From the NCBI RefSeq assembly GCF_009914755.1, contig NC_060925.1: a DNA stretch of 64,000 nucleotides. One strand, 5' to 3'. The notes under the pieces are model-generated. The model did not search any database and had not been told where the DNA came from. It was given only the letters and a program-made list of their open reading frames with translations. Positions 1 to 16,445 of the stretch are shown piece after piece. The translations under genes were made by a program, and so were the position numbers. The first letter of the stretch is position 1, and each line of letters starts with the position of its first letter. Source of the stretch: the human T2T-CHM13v2.0 reference genome, Homo sapiens.

Positions 1-180
1 ACAAAAATAAAAGTTAAAAAATTAGCCTGGCATGGTGGTGCATGCCTCTAGTCCCAGTTTCTCAGGCGGCTGAGTTAGGAGGATTGCTTCAGCCCAGGGG
101 TTTGAGGAGGCAGTGAGCTATGATCGTACCACTGCACTCCAGCCTAGGCGACAGAGTGAGACCCTGTCTCTAAAAAAATA
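1..180 (+). mobile_element. Alu right arm (AluJ-like, cut by the window edge)
   Basis: Alu consensus with A tail. Confidence 0.9.
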
Positions 181-1284
181 ACAGTAATAATGATGATGAT
201 GTTAGGAGTGAGGGGTGGACTTACACTGTTTAATACTGTCCAAAGGAATATATCTCTAGGTTTAGAAATCATTTTCCTAGCAACTTGTGGGCTTTGTATA
301 ATCTTGAGCAGAAACAGTTGACCTGATAGTTCAACTTTCTATCTGAGAGTGGAGGTAACAGTACCACTTGCAAAGCAAGCAGATACTCATTTTCATTGTA
401 CTGTCTCAGCATTTCTTTAGAAACTTTATTTAGGCCACATCTCATTATAGTGAATTCCAAACTACTGACCACATTTGTGGATGGAATATTTCTCTTGCTT
501 TTAAGTTTCTTTTTACAGTTTTCCCCTTTATAAAATGTGTCAAAATATACCTTTATTTTTTAGAATGTAAAATCTTGAATACAAGGAATTTTCAGACTGA
601 AGAAGTATAGTACTCAGGCAACATATAGGAGTTCTAAGCATGGAATCCCCAAGCATAGAAGAAATTATTTTCATTTGTGAAAAGGCAGAGAATAAAAGAT
701 TTCTGAGTTTAGGATGCCCACTCTGATAAGTTCATTCTCATCCTAATTCTTTACCAAAAGTCAACATTCGGGCATAACTCTTTTTCATGAATATCTTTCC
801 CATTTTTTAATAAAACCTTTGGGTTCCTGTTATGGAAATTTACAATAAATCACTTTCAGAAGGCTATTTACTGCTCAACTGAAGAGATTGTTAAAATTAA
901 GTGATATTGAACATAAAATGGAAATGTTCCATTTACTAAGCATTTAAAACCTTTTGATTATTGTAGCCAAACCATTATGTATACATCTCTTTTTGGAAAA
1001 TATTCTATATTTTGAAAAAGAAGCTGTGCTGCAAGAAGAGAATAGCCCACTTTAAAATAGAGCCGCCTGCATCCGGAACAGAAACCTTTTGGTGCTGTCG
1101 TTAAGGAAATCAACAGTATACAGACCAAATTATTGGTTGCAAACTGTATAAACAATGGGATTTCTCAATTGGAAAAGGCAATTTAAGTCCTAGAAGTTGG
1201 CTGCCAAGGAAACCACTACTTGGAGAAAGCCTAACAAAATTTTTATGTGAACTGGCGTGATACCTTGCAGTATTTTCCACTCTT

Positions 1285-1510
1285 TTTCTCTTTTTTTCTT
1301 TTTTTTTGAGACAGGGTCTCACTCAGTCGCTCAGGCTGGAGTGCAGTGTCACAATCACAGCTCACTGAAGCCTCGACCTCCTGGGCTCAGGTAATCAATC
1401 CTCCCATGTCAGCCTCCTGGGTAGCTGGGACTACAGGCACGCACCACCACTTCCAGCTAACTTTTTGTATTTTGTAGAAATGGGGTTTCACCATGTTGCC
1501 CAGGCTGGTC
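1285..1510 (-). mobile_element. Alu (truncated, J-like)
   Basis: Alu consensus. Confidence 0.9.
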
Positions 1511-1811
1511 TTTTTCTGTGAAAAGGGGGAGAAAGTAAGAGGATAGCAAGAAACTTAGAAATGCATCTCTTGTAAGGAGGCGAGGACTAGATTATTCTCT
1601 TTAGTTCCCCCAAATTTTTTATTGTGAAATTTTTTAAACCTTCCCAAAAAGTTGAAGGAAGAGTACAATCTGTATATACCCTTCATTCAGATGTACCAGT
1701 TTTTAACCTTTTGCTACATTTACTTTCTCTCACACCCGTCCTACACTCTGTCACACACAGATCACATAGAAAGTAAGTCACAAACATAGCAGTTCATCCC
1801 TAAATACTTTA

Positions 1812-2293
<482 letters not shown>

Positions 2294-2327
2294 CTAGGAT
2301 CCAGTCGAGGTTCATTCACTTCCTTTA

Positions 2328-2729
<402 letters not shown>

Positions 2730-3670
2730 TTACCTGATTTTTCCTTATGGTTGTCTTCTGGTTTAACACATTTGACAGGAAAACTAACAAAGCAAATGTA
2801 GCTTTTGTATTTCGTCACATCCAAAGGCACATAATATCAATTGGTCCAACTATTAACGATGCTCAGTTCAATCACTTAGTATTGATAAGGTGATATACAC
2901 CATATTTTTCCATTGCAAAGATATCTTTTTTCTTTGTTATTTAGGAAAAATAGTGGGGGTTGGCAAGTGACATTGGTGCAACAAATGGGGAGAAATGGCA
3001 GGGGAGAAGGAGGTGATACTTTGAGACATTGTGTATATCATTCTTAAACAGCCTTTCTTCTAATGGTTTTATCATCCATGATCTTTGCCTGACTCAACTG
3101 GTGGCAACAAAATGGTGATTGCCTAATTTTGCCCTTTCGTCTACTTGTACTAGCTGGCTGGCTTCTATTAAAAAAAGAGCTTTCCTCCTTTTACTTTTTT
3201 TTTTTTTTTTAAGTATTACCATGGACTCTGAGATAGTCTTTTTATTCAATATGCTATAGTCCATTATCATTATTCTTTTTGATGTTCACCTTTTCCCATG
3301 GTTGACTAATGAAAACTGCTTTAGGCCAGCTTCTCTATAATCTTGACATGTGGCCATCATTCTTTGAGCAAGTCTCACCTTACACATTTTTGCCCTAACT
3401 TTGAATCAACCATTTCTCCAGAGTCCTGATTCCTTTTAGGAAGAGAAACCAAGATCTAGACAGTATGTTCATTGCTTCTACTTCAGTGGGCAAGCTAGGT
3501 AATAATATATATTCTTTATGAGTTTATACAGATGCCTCCCGTTACAATCCAGTACCACGGGCTTCTTCCATTCCATTTCCTCTTCTGTGTTTTTTATCTC
3601 CCTCTACTACCCTGACAACTCTGGTTCCCACCATCAGTATATGTACTCACTTGCTCTCTACTAGAGCATA

Positions 3671-3845
3671 GCAGTCCCCAACCTTTTTGGCATCAGGGAC
3701 TAGTTTCGTGGAAGATGATTTTGCCATGGACCTGGGGCGGGGGAGGGAGGATGGTTTCAAGATGAAACTGTTCCACCTCAGATCATCAGGCATTTGTTAG
3801 ATTCTCATAAGGAACGCACAACCTAGATCTCTTGCATCCACAGCT
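3671..3845 (+). mobile_element. MER1B-like hAT DNA transposon fragment
   Basis: CAGTCCCCAACCTTTTTGGCATCAGGGAC...TTTCGTGGAAGA terminal motif. Confidence 0.7.
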
Positions 3846-4103
3846 GCCCACCTCTTGGTACATACACGTCCTGTAGTACATACAAATAGTTTTGGAATTA
3901 CACCAGTGCCACTATGAACAACATGTCTCAGTTTGAGATTTCTTTGCACTTCATTTTGTCCTTAGTATATATCTCAGTAAGGGTATATAGACAGAATACT
4001 GTATTCAGAAGTTAATTTCTTTTTTATTATCTGTGTGATTATCAATTTGATACACAACTAGGTTCATTTGTTTTTGTTTGGCTTCGGTTTTGAGGTGTAC
4101 TTC

Positions 4104-4649
4104 TGTTTCCAGAATTGGTTCCTTCCGGTGGGTTCTTGGTCTCACTGACTTCAAGAATGAAGCCGCAGACCCTCGTGGTGAGTGTTAAGTTCTTAAAGAT
4201 GGTGTGTCTGGAGTTTGTTCCTTCAGATGTTCAGATGTGTCCAGAGTTTCTTCCTTCCAGTGGGTTCGTGGTCTCGCTGACTTCAGGAATGAAGCTGCAG
4301 ACCCTTGTGGTCAGTGTTACAGCTCATAAAGGTAGTGCAGACCCAAAGAGTGAGCAGCAGCAAGATTTACTGTGAAGAGCAAAAGAACAAAGCTTCCACA
4401 GCGTGGAAGGGGACCTGAGCAGGTTGTGGCTGCTGGCTTGGGTGGCCAGCTTTTAGTCCCTTATTTGGCCACACCCGCATCCCACTGATTGGTCCATTTT
4501 ACAGAGTGCTGATTGGTCTGTTTTTTACAGAGCGCTGATGGGTGCATTTTTACAGAGTGCCGATTGGTGCATTTACAATCCTCTAGCTAGACAGAAAAGT
4601 TCTCCAAGTCCCCACCTGACCCAGGAAGTCCAGCTGGCTTCACTTCTCA
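4104..4649 (-). mobile_element. Solo LTR12-family (ERV9; LTR12F-like) LTR
   Basis: TG...CA ends, 4-bp TSD CTTC (4100-4103 and 4650-4653), repeated CTGATTGG (CCAAT) units, LTR12-type TGAGAAGTGAAGCCAGCTGG start on the minus strand. Confidence 0.88.
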
Positions 4650-4847
4650 CTTCTTTTTCTATTTCAAAGTTTAACTTTGTGAAAAACATTTACGTCGTTC
4701 AAATGTCAAAACTATATATGAAAAGATATCCCAGGAAGTCTCCTATCTCTTTCCCTTTCATCCACCTCTGGTAGGTAACTATTTTCATAATTTTCTGGTT
4801 TTTTCTTCTTTTTCTTTTTTGTAAAAAAATAGATATTTGCATATGAC

Positions 4848-5045
4848 AGGGATCTTACACAAACTTTTTCTGTAAATAACCAGATAGTAAATATTTTGGT
4901 TATCTATCACACTCAACTCTGCCATTGTGGCATAAAAGCCACGCAGACAATTTGCAAACAAATGAGCGTGGCTGTGTTCCAATAAAACGTTATTTGCAAA
5001 GACAGGCGGGGGGCCAGATTGGTCTGCAGGAGTTGTTTGCTGGCT
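4848..5045 (+). mobile_element. MER58A-like hAT-Charlie element
   Basis: AAACTTTTTCTGTAAA...CAGATAGTAAATATTTT...GGCTGTGTTCCAATAAAAC...GGGCCAGATT. Confidence 0.7.
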
Positions 5046-5091
5046 GTAAGATGTAGATACAGACATTCTCATACAAAAGCATGTATATAGT

Positions 5092-5855
<764 letters not shown>

Positions 5856-5973
5856 TTTTGCCATATATTACTTTGCAACTTGCTTTTGTTTCCCTAACAA
5901 ATATATCCTGGAAATTACTTCCTCTTCCTCTTAGTTCCTTAAGAGCATCACCCCTCCCCCAACACTTTTTGAA

Positions 5974-6250
5974 TTTTTTTTTAGAGACAGGGTCTCACTT
6001 TGTTGCCCTGGCTGGAGTGCAGTGGTGTGATCATAGCTCACTGCAACCTCAAACTCCCGGGCTCAGTTCTCCCACCTCAGCCTCCCAAGTAGCTAGGACC
6101 ACGGGTACCTGGCTAATTTTTTTTTTTTTTTAAGAGATTGGGTCTCCCTGTGTTGCCTAGGGGGGTCTTGAACTCCTGGCCTCAAGCTGTCCTCCCGCCT
6201 CAACCTCCCAAAGTACTGGAATTACAGGTGTGAGCCACCACACTGAGCCC
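5974..6250 (-). mobile_element. Alu (J-like)
   Basis: Alu consensus. Confidence 0.9.
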
Positions 6251-8495
6251 TTCCCCTCTTTTTATGGCTAAAGAGTATTCCATTATATAGATATATCATA
6301 GTTTATGTAACTAGGACCCTATAAATGAACATTTAGGCTGTTGTCAACATTTTACTAACATAAATAATACTGCAGTTAATAGTCTTATGCTTATGGTTTT
6401 TTATATGTGCAACCTATTCTTTTACTATAGTATAAAGATTCAAATAAATAAAAACCTGTTAAACTAAGATAATAGCATTTTACTTTAAAATAACATTTTT
6501 AACTATAAAAGTAATACTCTTTATCAAATTTAGAAGAACAAACAATCCTGAATGTATGGAGCTAAAACTGAAAGTATTGCATTTTAGTCCTCCACTCCCA
6601 CCCTAGCCACGTGTACTCCTCTCGGCCAAATTGTTAACAGTTGAACACAGGTGCTTCAGACCTTTCTTTTGTTGCAGTTGGTGGTAGTTTGATTTTGTCA
6701 TCCCATACTTAACATGTAAGTATATCCTCAGGCTAACTTATTTTTCAAAAATGTGATCATGCTACACATATTATGACTTGATCTTTTTATTTTATGTGGT
6801 TTTTAAATATCTATCGAGTTACCTCATTCTTTTTTCTTTTTTAAAAAAAAAATCTCAGCTAATTTTCCCAAGTCAACCTTATTCTTTTTTTGATTGATAG
6901 TTTATAATATGAATGTACCATAATTAGCCATTTCTCTATTGATATTTAGACTTCAGTTTTTCAGTACTTGTAGACAACTACAGTTAATATCCTGGGACAT
7001 GGCTTTGCATATGTACTAGTATTTCTATAGAATAGATTCCAGAAGGTGAAATGGTTAAGTCACTTTCATTGATTTTCACAAGTATACTCATATCTGAACT
7101 TTTGCTGCCCAAACTCTGGGATTAAATAGATTTGGGTAAATGTTTTGAAGAATCCTTACTGTATGTAATCTTACTACTCTCCTTCCAAAATCAAATTGAT
7201 TCACATAAAAAAATGTAGCCTTCGTTTCCTAACTTGCCATCCAAATTCTGGCTCTCCAAAATCAGGAACTCAAAAAATTCCGATCGAGAGGGATACTTAT
7301 ATTCTCATATGAATCTTTGTTATATCCACACAGATTCTCTCTTTTTGCATATTATTTATCTTTTTATCTTGTTTTTATGTAGTTTTATAAAATAAAAAGT
7401 TGTACATTTTTATGTAGAATATCTGTTGATATTTTCCTCTGTAAATTCTAGGATTTTACTTTACTTAGGTTGTCTTTTCCCACCTAAAATTTTTAAAACT
7501 CTATTCCCTTCTATCCATATATAGTTATTTTTAGACACACTAGAATTTTTATACATGAAATTTATGCATAATCAATTTTGTCAACATGCTTTTAGTAAGT
7601 CATACTTTGTCATTAATTTTAAATATCTCCTTTATCATATATCAAATTCTTATATATACAAGGGTCTGTACCAGGATCTGTTCCTGCAACAATGCCATAT
7701 TGTTTTAATGAATATTTCAATTTCTAGATGGGAAAATTCCTTGTTTTCATATATTTATTTATGATTGCTTAATTCTTCTTCCAGGTACGTTTTATTTTAT
7801 TTTTATCCACGCTCGGCCCCAGGTACATTTTAGAAAAAAACACAACTGACTTGTTCATTTATGCTTCTTCCAGCAATGCGTGAGAATGTGTGTAGGTCTG
7901 AGAAAGACTGGCTAGGGGTCTGGAGCCAAGGTTAAGACTTGAATAAACCTAGAACAATTAAAGATAAATTATCTGTCCCCTAACCTGGGAGACATCCAAT
8001 AGGTTTGTAACACTTTTGAGTGTTACCTAAGTGTTTTGTTTAGTGAGCTCTTAACTCATTTACCTTTTTCTCAGTTTAACCCCCTCCACTTCACCTTTTT
8101 AACCCCTTTCACAGTCATTTCCTGTAATTTCTTATCATATAACCTATGTACATCCTCTTCCCTCTTCCTGGCATTTCTGTCCATCCCCATGGGCCCCATG
8201 GCCCAGTTTTCTTACTGGGAAATCTGATTTGTTCCTAAAGACTCAGTTCAGATATTACTTTTCTGGGAGGTTTTTATTCATGCTAATGGTAAGAAGTAAG
8301 AATGTTGTTCTAACCTTTGTGCATTGTTTATTCTTATATTATTACCATTATCAAACTTTGAGCTGAATCAGGACACATGATACATGCCGTAAATGTTTGT
8401 TGAAAAAGAATAAAATATTTCTGCTTTCAGGGAGCTCACCAAAGAATAAGAAGAAAAGCTTAGGATAGGAGAAAAATAGATATGAAAGCACACTC

Positions 8496-8530
8496 TGTGT
8501 GTGTGTGTGTATGTGTGTGTGTGTGTGTGT
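8496..8530. repeat. (TG)n microsatellite
   Basis: About 17 TG units with one TA interruption, ~310 nt upstream of exon 2. Confidence 0.95.
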
Positions 8531-8841
8531 AAGTCACTAACAGCAGAGCTCTTATATAATCTCTCCCCCCACCGCCCCACAAACTGATCAAGCTTTTAAT
8601 TGTATTGCTTCCCCTAGAAGCCTTAGATAATGTGCTTATACTCAAATCGCGACAATTATTTTGACCCAGGAAGGCATTCCAGATGTGGTACAGGCAAAGG
8701 CACAGAGCCACAGAGACAGGACCACTGGATCGTTATCATGGGAGTTTCAGAGTGAAAGACTGGGGAGCAGTCACTTCTGTAGCGCGGAGTTGGGTTGTAA
8801 ATGAACAGGTATTCTGAATCTTTTCTTTCTTTTTTTCTCAG

Positions 8842-8914
8842 TATTGGATGAACGAATATACCTCATCCATTGGAATTGGAGTTTTTCATTCAGGAATTGA
8901 AGTCTATGGCAGAG
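8842..8914 (+). CDS. DESI2: DESI2/PPPDE1 coding exon 2 ([24 protein letters not shown]; catalytic His)
   Basis: Polypyrimidine tract and CAG acceptor, G|GTACGT donor. The 73-nt exon translates to the PPPDE-domain VFHSG motif. Exon 1 lies upstream of the window. Confidence 0.96.
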
Positions 8915-11463
8915 GTACGTGTACACACAGTCTAAATATACTCTCTGAAGATTTTGTACTTTAAAAGAGTTGCAAAATCATAACTATAGGTCTCTCTTTT
9001 TTTAACCACTTGCATATGTTATTACAGAAAGTAGAAGAAAATCTCCCCATATTCATTTATACTGCGTTTTGGAAAAATGCCCAAAGTAGAATGTATTTGG
9101 GGAGAAAGTACTCAAAATACAAGAATATACATTTGCTTCATTCACTTTATCTTTTATTCTAAATACTATGTTTTAAAAAATATTTTCCTTTTGTGATTGT
9201 CATAAAATGACAGTTTGTTTTGTTCTCATATATATTGGAGCTCCTAAGAAACCTTGCATTTCGAAAATAGCATGATAAAAACAATAATTTTGGTCGGAAA
9301 GGTTGGTGCTAGAAAGTGTCAGACTTGAAATACCAATTTCCTGAGGGAATTTCAGTAATAAATTTGGTTTGTAGACCTATACGTCTTATAAAATCTATAA
9401 GTTTTTGAAGTCTAAAAACATTGCTGAGCAAATCCTGCCATGATTACATCTAATCATGCCCTTTGTCATTAACTCAGCCCTTTTCATTCTCCTTATTAAA
9501 ACCCTTTATTAGGATAAACATGTCAGGAGTCACTCAAACCAAGCAGCTGTGTTTTCAACAGTTTTTTTCCACTGTGCTAATTCCTACTCTTGATGCAAGA
9601 TAATCTACCCCTGATCAAGTTGTAACTAATAGTAATGGTCTGCGTAAGACAGATCACATTGCTGATTTCATTCAATGTATCATTTTGAATTATAAACTAA
9701 CCCTATAGCAGAAATGCCTTTGTTCGCTTCAGCTAGGCAGTCTTTGTGACCTCTTAAGAATATATTATTGCAGTTTACTGAGGGTTACCCCTGAACACTA
9801 TACACCAGTTTTAACCAATACAAAGAAAAGACTCATTTACTTAAATGTGTCAGTATGGTGGTTATACTCTTTTTTATATTCCATTTTACCTGCTTCCAGG
9901 TGAAGTTTAGCATATTAAATGTTGGCTATAAAAATCTGCCATTTAAGCTCTATTTTACTTGAAAGTCTGCATCTACCAAATAATCCCAGGAAATACTGAG
10001 GGGCTCTTGCTGGAAGTTTCATGCTTGGGAGTATTGCTGTGGGTGGGATCATAGTCTGTGGGGTTACTCTTTTGGCTGATTTGGCTTTTGCCAAATTTGC
10101 ATGTGTATTTCTTGAATTTGTGTGATGTGTTACTGTTCTTAAAATGCCATCAAGTTTTGAACCACATGATCATGGTGGGTTAGGTAAGGGCAGGTGCCAT
10201 CTTCTCCATTTTTCAGCTGAAGAAACTGAGGCCCAAACCTGCTGGAAGTCATCATGCTAATAATTAACTCAAACTTGAACCCAAATGTTCTTGTATGCTA
10301 GTCCGTGGCTCTATTATCTCCCTAATCATTGCTCCCCTTCATAAAATTATTTAGTAATAATTAGAAACATGTTTCAAAACATGTTCATGTAAATTTAGTA
10401 AAGCTAGAATCAAATATTAATATATTCCTGAAAATTAGTGATTGCTTTTTAAATAAAAGAATGGGTCTGTGACTTTCCGTACTATAATTGAGAAAGTTAA
10501 GAATCCAAATATAATCTTATCCTTTCCAACCTGATAATCTACAATATTTTGTAAAATTTTGTCACTAAAAAACTTTAAAAATTATGTTTCAAAATAGCCA
10601 CTTTATTTCTCAAACTACATCATTGCTTTTTTTGAACAGGTCTGAATTAAAAGTAAATTTAGTATCTGCCTGTTCTTTCCTGTGCTTTGTTCTAAGACCT
10701 TTTAAGGTATATTTTTAAAGTGATGAAGTTGATTTAAGCATGGTTTGGAATTCTTTAAATTTGTCTACTAAGACTTAGCCACTGAAATATCTAAGTGAAA
10801 TAACAGAAAATTACAGGAATTTTTTATCTAAAATTATTCTCCATTTTGTTCTCCAGAGTTTGTATCTGATGTACATTTTGTATTGGATGTACAGTCAAAA
10901 AATAGTTTATCCTAGCTAAAAGACTTGCTGTGGTGATTGGATGGGAGGGTGGATGGATGGGTATGTGTGTTAATTTGGCAGTTTATTTTTTTCTTACATG
11001 AAGAGAATTGAGTAGTGTTTTAGGTTTGGTAATGTTCCACCCTACTCAAAGATAAACCAATAGTCTTTATCCCAGAAACCATGAAACTCACTGTTACTAG
11101 ACAGTTTCTCCAGTAAGATATGTGTTTGAAATTGGATCACTTTAACTTAGAAAGTGGCAAAACACTGAACTGACCACCTGCCTAGACTGGCATGATATAG
11201 ACAGGCAGAGAGAACTGTATATACCTCTGTGTGTTGATCACTCTCTTCCTGCCATGATAAGAAAGGGAAATATGGCAGGCAAGAATATCTTTGAGTGTCT
11301 TCTGTTATTTGAGTTTCGGGTCTTTTGTGACAACTGTTTATACGAGTAATAGCTAAGTGAGATATTTGTGAAAGCATTTTATAAACTGAAAAATATTTAG
11401 ATGGTGTCACTGTTATCCTCAATTATTAAAGCTAATTCAGCATTCTGGTTAAATTTTATGTGA

Positions 11464-11592
<129 letters not shown>

Positions 11593-11732
11593 TAAGTAGG
11601 GAGGATAATTTTTATTACACTGTCTTAGGTGCCATAGCTTGTTTTCAGGTATACAGAATTCATTCTGTAAATCAAAACAAACCCAAGAAGTTAAAAATGT
11701 CTCTTTGTTTTAATTGCTGACATTTTATATAA

Positions 11733-12125
<393 letters not shown>

Positions 12126-12321
12126 TGACCTACCTAGCAAATTAAAAATGTCTTTATTGTCCCAATGAAAGGGACACTTTACACGTTTGAAATAATTAAA
12201 CAGTTGATTAGCGTAGAATCCATTGTTAAGGTACATGTATTACATGTAATGATAAACCTAAAATATATGGATGTAAGTGTTCACTGGAGTCTTATGAGTA
12301 ATAAAAAGCAGTGAGAATATA

Positions 12322-12604
12322 ATTTTTTTTATTTATACTTTAAGTTCTAGGGTACATGTGCACAACGTGCAGGTTTGTTACATAGGTATCCATGTGTCAT
12401 GTTGGTTTGCAGCACCCATGATCTCATCATTTACATTAGGTATTTCTCCTAATGCTATCCCTCCCCCAGGCTCCCACCCCACGACAGGCCCTGGTGTGTG
12501 ATGTTCCCCGCCCTGTGTCCAAGTGTTCTCATCGTTCAGTTCCCACCTATGAGTGAGAACATACGGTGTTTGGTTTTCTGTCCTTGTGATAGTTTGCTGA
12601 GAAT
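12322..12604 (-). mobile_element. 5'-truncated L1PA 3' end
   Basis: TTATACTTTAAGTTCTAGGGTACATGTGCACAACGTGCAGG; TSD TGAGAATATAA. Confidence 0.92.
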
Positions 12605-12671
12605 GAGAATATAAATGTTAATAATAAAATTTTCATTCCTTAATTGAGGTTTGTATTTAAAGTGATATTTA

Positions 12672-12995
<324 letters not shown>

Positions 12996-13325
12996 TCAAG
13001 GAGCTTTAAACTTCTGGGCCTATAATAGATGGCTTGCCAAGTGAAAAAGAGACAGTGAAATGAGGTTCCAACATTAAACTTCAGTAGAGAGCTACACATT
13101 AAGCCCTCTACTAAGTTCATAGTTCTCTTAGCCTATCACTGAATTGAAAGATTTTCGCACGTAAGTGCTATGATACCATCCTGAATCCACTCCTTCGGGC
13201 TCTCTTTTGGCAAGACTACTTGATAAAAGGATTTTCTAAGTATTTTCAGGTTCCTTGGATGCCTTTTATCTGACTAAAATTCCACTTTCTCTTGGATAAT
13301 GTCTGTCGCCTTTCCAAGGTAGTAG

Positions 13326-13662
<337 letters not shown>

Positions 13663-14127
13663 TAGTCAGATTTGACAGTTTGTCTCATTGCAGCACAGTG
13701 ACAGATAACTTAAAAGTTTGTTTCTAGGTGACATTATGGCCAGCCCTTAAATGGCAAGTGAAATTACACAGGAATATTTGCAGCATGGATCTGGTTCCCT
13801 AATAATATAACTGCTAATACAATAGTTGTGAAAATAACTGTAATATTACATGTTACATAAGGACATATATTTCATAAAGAAAATGACTTGTGCTTTTGTA
13901 GTATTCATAGGTAATATACTTAAGAGTTTATTGCAGAAAAGTAGAAACTAAAATAGGACTTTTAAAGTATCTTGTTTCACTTTTAGTCTTGTTATATTAA
14001 CCCTGATTTGTTATGTCGATCATAATATTCCTGGAAATAAGCAAGTATTTAAACATGCTTTTTATAAATATTTGACACAACTATGTCCTTATTTTTCTTT
14101 CTCTTTTTTTTCTTTTTGTTCTTTAAG

Positions 14128-14269
14128 AGAAGCTGTTGTTTTAGGGAGCACGGACTTCCTAGAAGATGATATAGAAAAAATTGTAGAAGAACTGGGAAAA
14201 GAATACAAAGGCAATGCTTATCATTTAATGCATAAAAACTGCAATCATTTTTCTTCAGCTTTATCAGAG
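14128..14269 (+). CDS. DESI2: DESI2 coding exon 4 ([10 protein letters not shown]...[13 protein letters not shown]; catalytic Cys in NCN)
   Basis: Long pyrimidine tract with AAG acceptor, GAG|GTAAGC donor, 142 nt. Carries the NCNHF motif of PPPDE peptidases. Confidence 0.97.
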
Positions 14270-15029
14270 GTAAGCTAAATTTTATCCTAAAAGTTCTTCA
14301 AATAAATATTTGCTATCCCACTATACTTGATATCCCACTATATTCGATCTTGATTCACTTCTTTTCCGATTTTTTGTGTTGTATGAAATATGGTATTGTA
14401 TTTCAATCTTGTATGAATGACCTTTCCAGAGTTGGTAACTTGAGAGTCCGCAGTTTTAAATGGTAATTCTATTCATTACTTTGCAGTGGGTAGAGAGTAA
14501 GTACAAATAATGGTCCCTTCTTACTCTATTTTATTATAACCTGAAACTTTCACTTTAAAAAAGTAAATGCCTAGAAACTTCTGCTTCTTAGCCACTAAGG
14601 TTTCTCTTTGGCTGAATTTTTTTTTCTGGCTCTTATTAATAAGTAATTCGTGTCTTCCATCTTGAAATTTTCTTCTGCTAACATAACACATAGGCACTTA
14701 CTTGCCTTCTCAATTCTTGAATCCCAAGCAGAAGATCAAAACTAGGTCAAAATTAAAGAACTATAAAAAGAAAATGGAGGAAAGAAATTAGAAAGATTAT
14801 AAAGTAAGGTCTAGGGAATTGGCACTTGAAGCAGCTTCCCAGCTTTCTGATTCTTAGCAGATGGTTACAGTGGCAGCGTCCAGGTGCCACAGAAACTGTG
14901 AAGGGTGTAAAGGAGAGAACGAGCTGCTGCTTCAGTGGCCTCCTCTGCAGAAATGCTTCGCTCCTTGGCCCTTTTTACTTCCCTCATGGCTTCTACAATA
15001 CAGCTTTCAGACAACTCTCACAGACTGTT

Positions 15030-15195
15030 ACCATGCTACTCAAAGTGTGTTTCATGGACCAGCAGCATCAGCATCTCCTAGTAATTTGTGAGATATGTAT
15101 TATCTCTGCCCCACCAGAGATACACTGAATGCAAATCTTCACTTTAACAAGATCCCCAGATGACTCATATGAACGTGAAGGTTCAAGAAACACTC
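15030..15195. mobile_element. MER5A-like element
   Basis: TGCTACTCAAAGTGTG...GGACCAGCAGCATCAGCATC...TAACAAGATCCCCAG. Confidence 0.7.
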
Positions 15196-15666
15196 TAGTC
15201 TAGCGGATGCATCAGTACCGTAGAAGTGACCTAGTCAGTCTTCAGGCAGGGGGAAGGTAGTTCTGAGCTTTCTTGACCCCAGGCATTACATTTGTATGGA
15301 ATGCTTTCAAAGATCTGTTGAGTGCTAAAATTAGTGGAGAAATAGACAGCATCCTAATCCACTCTATTTTTCAGACAAGGAAACAGACCCCAATTGGGAA
15401 AATGACTTATCAAAGAAGATTGTCATAGAGAATTCAGACTAGACCGGACTTCTTACTCCAGTGCTTATTATATTTTACCATTACTTCCTCTGGTTCTAAT
15501 TCATCCTGTCCTTCAAAAACATTAAGAACGTTATTGAGCATCTATACCACCACATCAGCCCTGGTCTAACCCCAAAACCATTTTGCATTTGGGGCCCAAA
15601 GAGCAATTCTGGATGTCCCTGGAGCCATCTTTTTAGGCCACAGTTTTTATGCTTTTCCCCATATGA

Positions 15667-15979
<313 letters not shown>

Positions 15980-16445
15980 TAACGCTGAATTGTTAAGCTG
16001 GAAGACCCAGAAGTTAAGTGACTTGACCCAAGGTTACCTAGCCTGTTGGTGGCAGTGCTGGAACTAGAATTCTGGATAGTGAGGGATAAGGAGCTATTAT
16101 AATAAAATATGGTATATATTCCATTAAATGGAAATACCAGCTCTTGCCGATTGTGAAATGTAAAAGCTACCTTTGGAATTTGAAATGATAGATGCAACTC
16201 CCATATAACGAAGACAAGCAAATTAATATTAGGCACTCTAATGAAGTTTAGTAAAACTGGTATGCTTTTATATCTTTGACAACATAGTGTGGGGACGTAT
16301 GTCATAAGCAGTTGCAAATAAGCAAAATCATCACTATATTAATAATTGATTGTTGATATATGTACTTTTCTGTTAAATTGTTCTTAAAAATTCTAAGAAT
16401 TATCATTTAACACCGTAATGTTATCAGTTCCGATGCTTCCTCTAC

